A stretch of 63,600 nucleotides of DNA, counting the filler, from Reclinomonas americana ATCC 50394 (Eukaryota), in NCBI GenBank assembly GCA_048213135.1. It is 16 parts of 16 records of this genome, joined end to end, with 100 filler letters (N's around TTAATTAATTAA, not from the genome) between each part and the next. Parts side by side here need not be neighbours in the genome. Positions count along the whole stretch, not along the records: positions 11,793 to 21,351 come from AFZH01017652.1; positions 21,452 to 22,935 come from AFZH01017658.1; positions 23,036 to 25,672 come from AFZH01017659.1; 13 more parts are not named here. One strand, written 5' to 3'. A program made the translations under genes and the position numbers. Position 1 is the stretch's first letter; every line of letters starts with the position of its first letter. Positions 12,027 through 23,320 of this stretch are shown here, piece by piece. The notes under the pieces are model-generated. The model saw only the letters and a list, made by a program, of their open reading frames with translations. It made no database searches and was not told the DNA's origin.

Positions 12027-12939
12027 ATGGAGGGCGGTCTCACTGATGCCGATGTGCCTCAACCGACGCAGCTGAAGCGCAGGAGGCGGCGAGCTGATGC
12101 GGCCGCGGCACAAGCCGAGTCATCAGAGGTGCTGTGGCAGTTGATCTCTTGTTTGGTGTAGTTTTCGCGCTCATTCTCTTCTTGCGTGCTACCCGCACAG
12201 GCACCGTCGAATGTCAAAGGCGGTTGGGGCGACGGTGGGGGCTTTGGTGGCGACGATGCCAGTGGATCGGGCGGCGGACCAAGTGGCATTCCCACCCTGC
12301 AGAGGTCAAATCGCTGTTGTCATGGCGTTTCTCTCTCTCTTTGTCTCTCTCTGCGCCTCTCTCTCACCATTCAGCGACACAGCAAGGACGCCACCAACGA
12401 GCACATCTTCGACAAGGACGATGACGATGACGCGGAGGTGTACATTCCCGACCTGGAAGACGAGGACGACCCGAATGATTTGACCAAGGTGGTGGCGGAG
12501 GCGCCAGAGTATCGCAGCAATCGAGTGCAGGCGCTGGGAGAGCTGGAGCACGATACGGCCGCACTGGGAGGACTCGACATTCAGGTACTGGGGGCTGGAG
12601 AAGGTGGGGAAGAGGCTGGTTTCTTGTCTGACTCGCCATTGCCGACAACAGGATCAGAGCATTCCGCTGGCGCTGTTGACGTCGTCGCTGATCCCGCAGT
12701 CGATGCTGGAGGAGCACGACACGGTGTGGACACCCGGGCAGATTCTCAACGAGGTGGTGGCGGAGATGCACGCGGAGCGCGATGCTCTCGATCAGGAGGT
12801 CGAGGAGGCGGCGGCGGCGGCGGCCGGCGCCGGTGGCACTGGCGTCAATGCACCCACTGGTGCTGTCACCGCCAATCCACTTGGCGGGAAGCGGCAACGT
12901 GTGCCACGCGCAACGGAAGAGGTGGGCATCACTGAGTGA
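12027..12939 (+). CDS. IFT43: Intraflagellar transport protein 43
   Basis: GGWGD motif, then YIPDLEDEDDPNDLTKVVAEAP..RVQALGELEHD and IPLALLTSSLIPQSMLEEHDTVWTPGQILNEVVAEM. Three GT-AG introns. Confidence 0.85.
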
Positions 12940-13015
12940 GCGAACTGTGCTGGAGGAAGAGAAAAACCAAAATGAAATCAACAGTCGATCGCCTTTTGTG
13001 TGTTTTTGTGTGTGA

Positions 13016-16000
13016 ATGCTCTGGTGGCGAGCCGCGGCCACTGGCTGGTCGCATCGTTGTCGCGCGTTCTCCTCCTCGTCGTCGACGGCACCACTGGAGA
13101 GCGTGTACTTGCGAAAGACACCGATCGAGCATGTGCTGCTGCGCCCTGATTCGTACGTGGGAGCGACAACTCCACAGAAGCGTCCGCAGTGGCTACTGGA
13201 GGGGTGGAAGGTACGTCGACTGCGTGTGGCACATGCACAAGAATGCACAAATGCGCCTTACACAACACAAATGCAGATCGCACCTGCGGATGGACAGGCG
13301 CCGACGGTGCTACTCGGCGACAAGAGCACCGACAAGGGCTCACTGCGACTGACGTGGACCGAGGAGTGCACGTATGTGCCGGCATTCTTCAAGATCTTTG
13401 ACGAGATCCTCACCAATGCCGTCGATCAACATCATCGACGCGGCACCGGCACCGATGCAGTGGCGGTGACGGTGAACCCAGCCACGGGTTGGATCACTGT
13501 GCGCAACAACGGGCGCGGCATACCCACCGATGTGCATCGCACCGAGGGCGTTCCGCTGCCACAGTTGTTGTTTGGATACCTGCTGACGGGCTCCTCGTTC
13601 AACGATGCCGAGGTCAAGTTCACGGGCGGTCGCAACGGGTACGGCGCCAAGCTGGCCAACATCTTCAGTCGCGAGTTCGTCGTGGAAACCGGCAGCAGCA
13701 GTGCACGGCGCGTGTATCAGCAGGTGGGTGTGCGAGTGGAGAAGGAGAGGGTTGCGCATAATATACTCACGATCAGCATGGCTCGCAGCGCTGGCACAGC
13801 AACATGAACAACTGCGAGGCGCCGGTGATCTCGACTGGCGTGGAGACCGAAAGTTGCGAGATCACACCGTCGACAGCACTCTGCGGTTAATAGCTCACTC
13901 CGCGTGCATCAGATTTCACCAGTGTGTCGTTCTTGCCCGACTACGAGCGATTGAGCATGCCGAAAGGGCTGAGTGGGCGCTCGGAAGCCACCACGACAGC
14001 GCTGTCGCTGCTGTTTCGACGAGTGCTGGACATTGCGGCGTGCAACCCAAAGCTGTCGGTCTCGCTGGTCTGTGGCGTGTGTCGTGTGGCACTCTGATGC
14101 TGCTGCCGATGCTGACTGACTCTTCGTTGCACAGAACGGAGACAAGGTTCCGATCAGTGGGTTCGCCGACTACGTGCAGCTGTGCCTGGCGGAGCAGGAG
14201 CCAGATGCTGCTGGTCTGCAACCGTTTGTGTTTGAGCGACTGAACAAGCACTGGGAGGTGGCGGTGGCGCCCAGCCCCACCGGCTCCTTCCAGCATCTGA
14301 GTTTTGTGAACAGTGTGGCCACCTCTCGCGGCGGCTCGCACGTCAAGGTGTTGTCGACGCACCTCACAACCAAGCTGGTGGCCGCGATTGCCAAGCGCGA
14401 CAAGAACGTCAAGGTAATTGCGAGTTCCTCACCCAGTCACGCGCATTAGGGGTGAGTGACGCCTACTCCACCGCAGGTCATGCCGGCGTCCGTGCGCAAC
14501 AACATGATGCTCTTTGTGAACGCCATGGTCCACAATCCGGCCTTTGACTCGCAAACCAAGGAGACGCTCACCACCGAATTGCAGCTGGGCACCGACAGCA
14601 GTGCTGCCGATGCGCACGTCGTGCCGAGTGTGAGCGATGCCTTTGTACGTCGCATCGTGGACAACACAAGTCTCGCCAGTCGTGTGCTGGCGCTGGCCAA
14701 GTGAGCAATCTGTGCTTTCTCCACACTTCCGGTGTTGTTGTTTCGTTCGAGTTGACTGTGGCCGCACAGATTCCGCCAGGAGCATGAATTGGATCGGCGC
14801 ACGTTGGCGCCACGAAAGAGCCGTCTCGCGGTGCCAAAACTCGACGACGCCAACGAGGCCGGCGGTCCGCGGTCGGCAGAGTGCGCACTCATTCTCACCG
14901 AGGGCGACTCGGCCAAGGTTGGCATCACAACATTTCCCTTTTTCCGCTTCGCCGAGATGCTGACAGAACGTGTGCACAGAGTCTGGCACTGGCAGGCCTG
15001 TCGGAGCTCGGTCGAGATCTGTACGGTGTGTTCCCGCTGAAGGGAAAGCTGCTCAATGTCCGCGACGCGCCGCACCAGCAGATTGCCGACAATGCCGAAC
15101 TGAATCATCTCAAGCTCATTCTCGGCCTGCAGCACAGCAAGTCGTACGAGGCGGCCGAGGAGCGGGCGCAACTTCGATACGGCCGGTGAGAGATCCACTG
15201 GTTGACGATTCAGTGCATGCCTGCCTCTGTTCTTACTCGCTCGCGAGTCACAGTGTGGTACTGATGACTGACCAGGACCACGACGGATCGCACATCAAGG
15301 TAGGCGGGCACTACAGAAGAAATCACCATGCGTCTCGATCTCACAGCCGAGAGGGGGGGACGTGTACAGGGTTTGTTCATCAATATGCTCGACACGTTCT
15401 GGCCCGCGCTTCTGCGAACGGATGGATTTTTGGTTGCGTGGAGGCGGTGGCTGTGCTAGAGTGGTGAGGATGATGGCGCAGCACGCTGATATTGTTACGT
15501 GATACGTAGTGGGAGTTTGTGACACCAATTGTCAAGGGTGTGAGGCGCGGCAAGGGCGGCAAGGAGGAGACGGTGCAATTCATGACGCTTAGCGAGTACC
15601 GCATGTGGCGACAGTCACTCGCGGCCGACGAGGTACCGCGTTTCCATGGAGTTGTGAAATTCGTGGGAAGCGGGCTGACGGTCGGTGAGATCAATGCAGA
15701 TTTCCAAGTGGCGTCTCAAGTACTACAAAGGTCTCGGCACAAGCACAGCGGCCGAAGGCAAGGCGTACTTTCGCGCCTTGCAGAAGCACCTCATTCGTTT
15801 CGAGTGGAACGGCGACGCGGCACATGATGCCATTCAGTTGGCATTCGACAAGAAAATGGTCAACCAACAAAAACCACTGCTTTCTTTCTGCGTGGAGCCT
15901 CGCTCTCACACGTTGCTCACTCCCGCAGGTGGATCGGCGAAAGGAGTGGTTGAACGTGCCGCTGGACGACACGACGACCTTTGTCGACCACTCGAAACCA

Positions 16001-17919
16001 ACGCTGTCGTACACGGATTTCATTCACAAGGAGCTCATTCATTTTTCGCACGCCGACAACACGCGCAACATCCCGAGCGTCGTCGACGGCCTGAAAGTGC
16101 GCATGATATGTCTTTATGTGTGTGCATGTGGGGGAGTGCCCTAATGTGCGATGCAGCCCGGACAACGCAAGGTGCTGTACGCGTGCTTCAAGCGTGACCT
16201 GACGGAGGAAATCAAGGTCGCACAACTGGCCGGCTACGTCTCCGAACAGACGGGCTATCACCACGGCGAAGCCTCGCTGCACGGCACCATTGTGAACATG
16301 GCACAGGTATGTTTGGTGGGGATGCGTGGAGGAATGCAGGCAAGAGTTTGTCTGACGTGAACGCAGGATTTCGTCGGCACCAACAACATCCCACTGCTCG
16401 TGCCAAGCGGTCAGTTTGGCACACGAGTGCAGGGTGGCAAGGATCATGCCAGTGCGCGGTACATCTTCACACGGCTGGACCCCGCTGCGCGCCTCGTTTT
16501 CCCAAAGGTGAGCGAGGGTGTGCGTCGCGTGGAGACGGCAGGTGTCTGACCACCGTGTGAGCAGGCCGACGACGCAGTACTGCGACACATTGAGGAGGAT
16601 GGAGTGATGGTGGAACCCGTTCACTTTTTGCCCATTGTTGCGTCCCTCCCTTCTTCCGTCACAGTCCCTGTCTACACAAATAACACGATGTGCGATACAA
16701 AATGCAGATCCCGATGGTGCTCGTCAATGGTTCCGAGGGCATTGGCACCGGGTACAGTACCAGCATTCCGCCGTTCAACCCGCTGGAGATTATCGCCAAC
16801 GTCCGTCGTCTCATCGCCGGCGAGCCGCTGGTGGACATGGTGCGCATCGTCGTCGTGCAGTGTACGGGAGCAGAGTGCTCACAGACCTATCAATGCTGCA
16901 GGCTCCGTGGTATCGCAGATTTCGTGGCGAAGTGGTGGCCAGCAGCACCAAGGACGGCACGTTTGTGACGCGTGGCGTGCTGGAACAGACGTCGAAAACA
17001 GCCGCCGTAGTTAGCGAACTGCCGGTGGGAAGATGGACCGAGGACTACAAGGCCGTGCTAGATGGAGTGTGCGGATCGAGTCGTGGAAGCCATTTGCGGG
17101 TTCGTGTGTGTGCAGTGGAGCAGGATACGTGATGAAGAGTGTGGCATGAACCACTCACCACCTTGCTTCTTGGTCTGCAGGGATATCGCGAAGAGTCGAC
17201 AGATCTCGTCGCTCGTTTTGTGCTGCAGGGAACGGCTGAGCAGATCGCAGAGCTCATGGAGAGCGCCACTCGGTTCAAGACGCTGAAACTGGAGACATTT
17301 GTCAGGTGCATATCTCACGCATATCTCACGTTTCTGTCATCGCGTGTCACTCACTGCGCATCAGCACCTCGAACATGATGCTGCACGACACGACCGGTCG
17401 GTTGGCTCGCTTCGCCTCGCCACTTGACATTCTGCGCACGCACTACACGGTGCGCCAGCAAGGCTATGTGGATCGCAAGAAGCACATGCAGCAAATCCAG
17501 AATGCCGAGCTGGATCGCCTGGCGAACCGCGCCCGCTTTGTGGAAATGGTGTGCTCGGGTGCGTTGCGCCTCCTCAACGTGCCAAAACGCGATCTGGAGA
17601 AGCAGCTGAGCGAGGCCGGCTTTACCGGGCTCGATTCTGCCACCACCGATGCAGGGTACGTGCATGTGTCTTATGATTTTTGGCTGCGCGGTGATGCTCA
17701 CCCGCCGCGGCACGCTGCAGTCCATTCGACTACTTGCTGGCGATGCCGGTGTCGAGCTTGACGCAGGAGCGCCTGCAACAGCTGCGCACGCAGCATCGCA
17801 ACGCTGCCGAGGCGAAGCGGCGTCTCGACAAGCAATCGCCGGAATCCATGTGGCTCGCCGACCTGGAGGCTCTCGAGAAACACCTGCGTTCGCGCGACGA
17901 TTTCACAACGCCCAGATGA
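13016..17919 (+). CDS. TOP2: Type IIA DNA topoisomerase, probably mitochondrial (presequence, no C-terminal domain); many short introns
   Basis: Motifs [87 protein letters not shown] and GKDHASARY (catalytic Tyr). N-terminus [21 protein letters not shown]. Confidence 0.95.
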
Positions 17920-18094
17920 ACTCCATTTTTCCTTTCAAACAACACGAGAGTGGCAGTAGTCAAACAACTCAACAAAACGCATTAGAATTAACACATTGGC
18001 ACAACGGGAAGAACATGAACAAAAAAACAAGCAACACTAACAACGCAATATCGATGGAGAGAGAACACAGATCTACAACTACGGGGACCCAGTG

Positions 18095-18743
18095 CTATCT
18101 TCGATGGCGCGTGCCTCTCGACTCGGCGGCTGGCGGAACCGAAGGCACAGTTGTTGGTGTCGTATCACTGGGCCCGGCAAGTGAGAAGCCATCGCTGTGC
18201 TCCTTGCCAGACATTGGAAGCGGTGACGCCGCGCCCCAGGGCGGCATGGGAGGTGGAGAGCGACCCTCGGCGGCAGCAATGCCGACAGCGGCATGGTAGC
18301 ACAGCATGTCTTCCATTCGTCGTCGCCACGTGGAGTCGGACGGTGGTGGCGGCTCGGGAAGTCCCCAGTCAATCGGCTCCTCTGGCAACGGCGACGGACC
18401 CCGCAGTGGATCCTCGCACATGGCCTGCCACATGGGCACGTACTGGTACTGACGGTGCCAGCGGCTGAGTGGCGGGTAGTAGACAGCAAACTGGCTCAGC
18501 AGCTCCTCGGTCAGCGGTGGCGTCGGCATACTCTCCGGCTTCATCTGCCAATCCTTCTCTGGCGACGCGCCATACTGGAACCGGACCGAGTCAAAGGATG
18601 GCGAAGGAGCGCCGTAGCGACCACCGTGTGAACGATCAATGTCTGTTGTGTGTCCACGTCGGTGCCCTCCTCCGTCCATGTCAACGTCGTGCACAGAGCC
18701 AAGCGCGTGCGAAGTGTGCCTGCGGTACAAGTGCTGAGACTGT

Positions 18744-18784
<41 letters not shown>

Positions 18785-18884
18785 TTGCTGCTGTTGCTGT
18801 TGCTGATGGTGGTGGTGCAAGAGCATTTGTTGTTGCTGCTGCTGTTGTTCTTGCTGCTGTTGCAGCTGTTGCTGATAGTACTGC

Positions 18885-18919
<35 letters not shown>

Positions 18920-21142
18920 CTGCTGCTGATAGAATTGCTGCTGCTGCTGCTGTTGCTGCTGCAAGAGGTGGTGGTGGTGATGTTGCAAGTGGTGATGGTG
19001 CAGCTCCGTTGGGCACGAGACAGCGTAGGTCGATGGAACTGTGCTGACACGTGGCGCTGGTTGCACGAACCCACCCGCCGACGACACCACCGTGGGAGCA
19101 CTGGGAGCCACGGTAGTGGCATGCAGTTCGGCACGCGTATTGCGGTCGGTGGTCGAGCGCGAGCGTCGTGCGGCCGACGGTACTGATTCGCGGTGGTGCA
19201 CGTGCTCCGGCGTGGGTGACACAGGCGACGAAGCGGCAATCAGCGACATGCTTGACGTCATGGGCGTCGGAGGCATGGCCGTGGAGACATTGCTGGCCGA
19301 CAGTTGCGTCAGACTGGCCTGGTACGGGAACTGGTGTTGCAGGTAGGTGGGGTAGCTGAGCGAGTACTGCGGAAACATGGGGTACACGGCTGGCTGGAAC
19401 GGATACGGTGTGCCACTGTGGATGGCAATCGACGACACCACCGGCACTCCGCCAGATGCCGCCATGGCGGCGGCGGCTGCGGCGGCGGCCGCCACACGAT
19501 GTGGATTGGCGGAGGACCGCTCGTCGGAACACATGGACGGACAGTACATGGCCTGCGCCGAGGCCGGACCGGTGGCCTTGGTCGTGGACCCGAGTTGCGA
19601 CACGGTTGTCGCACCCACCTGCTGCGACATTACCGACTGCGATGCCAGCGGCTGCTGCTGCTGCTGCTGCTGCTGTTGTTGTGAGAGTACGGCTACAGCG
19701 GCCGCCGCTGCCGCTGGTACTGCTGCTGGCGGCGGTGGTGGGGGAGGTGCGGCTGCCATGGCGGCTGCTGCTGCTGGTGGATATCCGTACGCCGCCGGAT
19801 GGTAGTACAGGTGTTGCAGAAGCGGGTGGTACATGTAGGGCACTGCGAAGCACGAAAAGGGAGAGAGTGGGCGGGTGGAGAGAAGAGGGGAAGGATGACC
19901 GAGAACACACACACCTCCCCATACGCAGTGCGGCTGCATGTATTCGGAGGACACTGGCACACCCGCATGCTGGCTGGCCAGCGACAGGTAGGCAGCGTCG
20001 GTTGCGGGATCAACGTGCTGTGCGAGAGTGAGGCAAATGGAAAGCGAGTGCGTGCAAGAGGAGTGTGGGCTCACCGTCGGCGCAAGTGCGGCCGGTTGTG
20101 GTGGCGGAGGCGGCGGGGGTGCTGGCGCTCCGAGCGAAATTGTGTAGCCCGGAACCAATGTCGGGGGCATCGCCGAATAGTACGCGGAGGTGGCGGCGGC
20201 CACTGGGCGAGTGGCATCCACGGCACACTCGGGAAGCGCCGCAAGACCCACGGGCGACGATGCCGCCGAGATTCGCGACGAGTGCTCCGGAACCAGGACG
20301 ACCCCCGCGGTGTCAGTCCGCCGCCGACCCCGAGATTTCGAAATGGGGGTGCTCGGCTGCTGAGAGAAGGATTCACAAGAGGAATATAGTGCGCATGTGT
20401 GAGAATGAAAGAAGGAGTGAGAGGGAGCAGGGAATGCAGCGGCACTGACCGAAACCGGTGGTGTCGTGTGCGAACATGGAGACGGCAACGTGGTGGCCAC
20501 TGTACATCAACAACAACACACATGGTCAGAATCAGAAAGAGCACACCCCCGTGCCAATGCTGATACCCGCTCGCCGCATGCGCTAATCAGTCACAGAAAC
20601 CAAGTGTGCGTGCGTGCGCGTGCGCAACAACAGATACAGGGACAAGGGGTGTGCACAGTGGGGGTCACGCAGAATCTCATGTCGGCATGATCACAAAGGG
20701 AGCACGAGGGAGAAAAGAAGCAACACATCACAAATGGAGCTATGCGGGAGGAAAAGACTCACGAGAGAAGGAACGCACCATTGGGTGAAAATCCGACTGC
20801 CTCCACCTCAATTGCCGCTGCTCCCTCATCATCATCGTCATCATCACCATCGTCACCATACACATCGTCATTGTCGACACTGCCAGCCACAGCTCCCATC
20901 ATACGCTCATCATCATCATCATCATCATCATCATCGTCCTCCACTGTGCACGTACACAAGAGTGAGATGAGTGCGCGAGAGAAACACATTGAGAGAGAAA
21001 CAGAGAAAGAGGAGGTCGTGCCTTGTGGCTCTTGCTGTTGATGCGGTGGTGGTGGTTGTTGGTGTTGCTCCTGTTCTTCTGTCATTATCTGTGCCTTGCG
21101 CGGTCGTTTGCGTCGCGGTTCCCCACCACTGGTCGCCAATGC
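18095..21142 (-). CDS. Low-complexity polyQ/polyH/Pro-rich protein with acidic stretch and basic NLS-like motif; 5' end in gap
   Basis: Long ORF 18095-20500 with CAG/CAA runs, interrupted by in-frame intron-like segments. Upstream exons PRRKRPRK and poly-Asp are bounded by GT/AG. Function not recognised. Confidence 0.55.
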
Positions 21143-21219
21143 TGTATTGCCCCCCCAACACACACACACAGAATGAGAAAGACACAAAGAGAGGGAGTTG
21201 AAACACCAACAACGAGACA

Positions 21220-21323
<104 letters not shown>

Positions 21324-21779
21324 GACGCGACGACGAACGAACGCACTACACNNNNNNNNNNNNNNNNNNNNNNNNNNNNNNNNNNNNNNNNNNNNTTAAT
21401 TAATTAANNNNNNNNNNNNNNNNNNNNNNNNNNNNNNNNNNNNNNNNNNNNGGAGAGGGAGAGGGAGAGGGAGAGGGAGAGGGAGAGGGAGAGGGAAGAG
21501 GGAGAGAGAGTGTGAAAGTGCGATGCATCGCTCTTCTTCCGCACTCCTCACCAAAGTTAAGATATGCAAGGCAGAGAGAGAACACAGTGCGGAGTGCCGT
21601 TGCCTTTGACTCAAATCCCCCTTCTTCTCACCCCCCGGACAAGTAACTTGCACGGCATGCAAGGGCATAGACAGAGACAAAGCCAGGGAGAGGGAGTGAG
21701 AGAGAAACGGGGAGATGCAATGGAATGAGAGCAAGAGAGCGAGCGACAACTCCCGAGGTAAGTGCCTTCTCATTCCTGA

Positions 21780-22125
21780 TCTCTCTCTTCCTCTTCACTG
21801 CACCACCCTTGCAGACAAGAAACCATTATGGCATGCAAGAGTTGAACAGAGCAGAGAAGAGAGAGAGAGAGTAAGAATGCAAGTCCATTGCACAGTGCAC
21901 GGCTTCTTTACTGTCATCTCTCTTCCTCTTCGTTGTACCACCCTTGCAGACAAGAAACCATTTTGGCATGCAAGAGTAGAGTAGAGCACAGCAGAGAAGA
22001 GAGAGAGAGAGAAAGACCAATGCAAGTCTATTGCAAAGTGCACGGCCTCTCTTTCCTATCTCTTTCTCTTTTCCTCTCCACAACATCACCCTTGCAGATA
22101 AGGAACTTGCATGCAAGCGGAGAGA
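21780..22125. repeat. Intronic tandem repeat, ~135-nt unit, about 2.5-3 degenerate copies
   Basis: Recurrent CACCCTTGCAGAYAAG..GCATGCAAG..ATGCAAGTC..TTGCA..GTGCACGGC blocks. Confidence 0.8.
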
Positions 22126-22233
22126 GAGATAACAGAGAGAAATGCAAACAAATCTTGATTAAATTGCACTCAAAGCGCCCTTCCCCTCCCCCTTGCCCCT
22201 TTCTTCCCCTTCCCTCCCCTCCCTCCCACTCAC

Positions 22234-22799
22234 CAGCGCAGCAATTCGCCAGCCCACCCGCCGCAAACTCCACACGCTGCCACACCTCCTCATCCTCCAC
22301 CTCCTCCTCCACCTCTTCCACCTCACGCCACTCACTCAGCGCATCCACAAACAACTGCACCACATGCAGCGCCCGCAAATGCCCATAATTAATGGGATCA
22401 TATGCAAAGTTGGCGAGGTTGGCCAAGATGCGCATGCGCACATCTGCACAAACAAACAAACACAAACATCAGCACACTCTTCTCTCACGCTCACTATCAC
22501 TGTGTGTGCGTATGTGTGTATGTGCACGCGCGCGTGTGAGTGAGCGAGTGAGAGAAAAGAGAACAGAGAAAGTGTGAACTTGCATTTTCTCTCTCTTCTC
22601 TTCTCTTCTTCTGCTTCTTCTTCTTCTTCTTCTCTCTCTCCCTCCCTCCCTCCTTCTCTGCCTCCTCGCTCTCTCACACACATACACCTGCAGCAGTCTG
22701 CGTCGCCTGATACTCCGTCACCAACTGCTGCAAGTAATCAAAGCGCGGTGTGCCCGACGCACCCTGCCGCTGCACCAGTCGCCGCGCACTCGACAACAT
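22234..22799 (-). CDS. ARMC7: Armadillo repeat-containing protein 7 (first two exons; rest not resolved)
   Basis: [31 protein letters not shown], intron 22687-22444, then [44 protein letters not shown]. Confidence 0.92.
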
Positions 22800-23048
22800 A
22801 AGACACTCAACACACAAAGAACATTGTCGCTCTCTCTCTCTCTCTCGCGCGCGTAAAGTGTGAGATCGGACAACGTCCCGTGAATTCTCGACGTAGCGGT
22901 TGTTTTTGTGTTGGTGTGCGAGCGAAGGCAGAGAGNNNNNNNNNNNNNNNNNNNNNNNNNNNNNNNNNNNNNNNNNNNNTTAATTAATTAANNNNNNNNN
23001 NNNNNNNNNNNNNNNNNNNNNNNNNNNNNNNNNNNTCTGTCTCGTTTA

Positions 23049-23289
23049 CAGTAAGGATGCCAATGATAAGCTGAAGACGTTGTTTGCGGATATTGCGCAT
23101 GGTGGGTTTTTGTGTGTTGTGATTGTGTGTTGAGAATGGGAGTTTATTGATGTTCTGTTGGCGAGTCGGAGGATGAGCTCTCTCTCAGTTCGTGTTCTCT
23201 CTTGTGCACTCTTTCTCACTTCCACTGTCTCTCTTCTCTGGTCGCCTGAGAAAGAGGAAGATCTGTCTGATGTGTGTGTGTTCTCTTGT

Positions 23290-23320
<31 letters not shown>

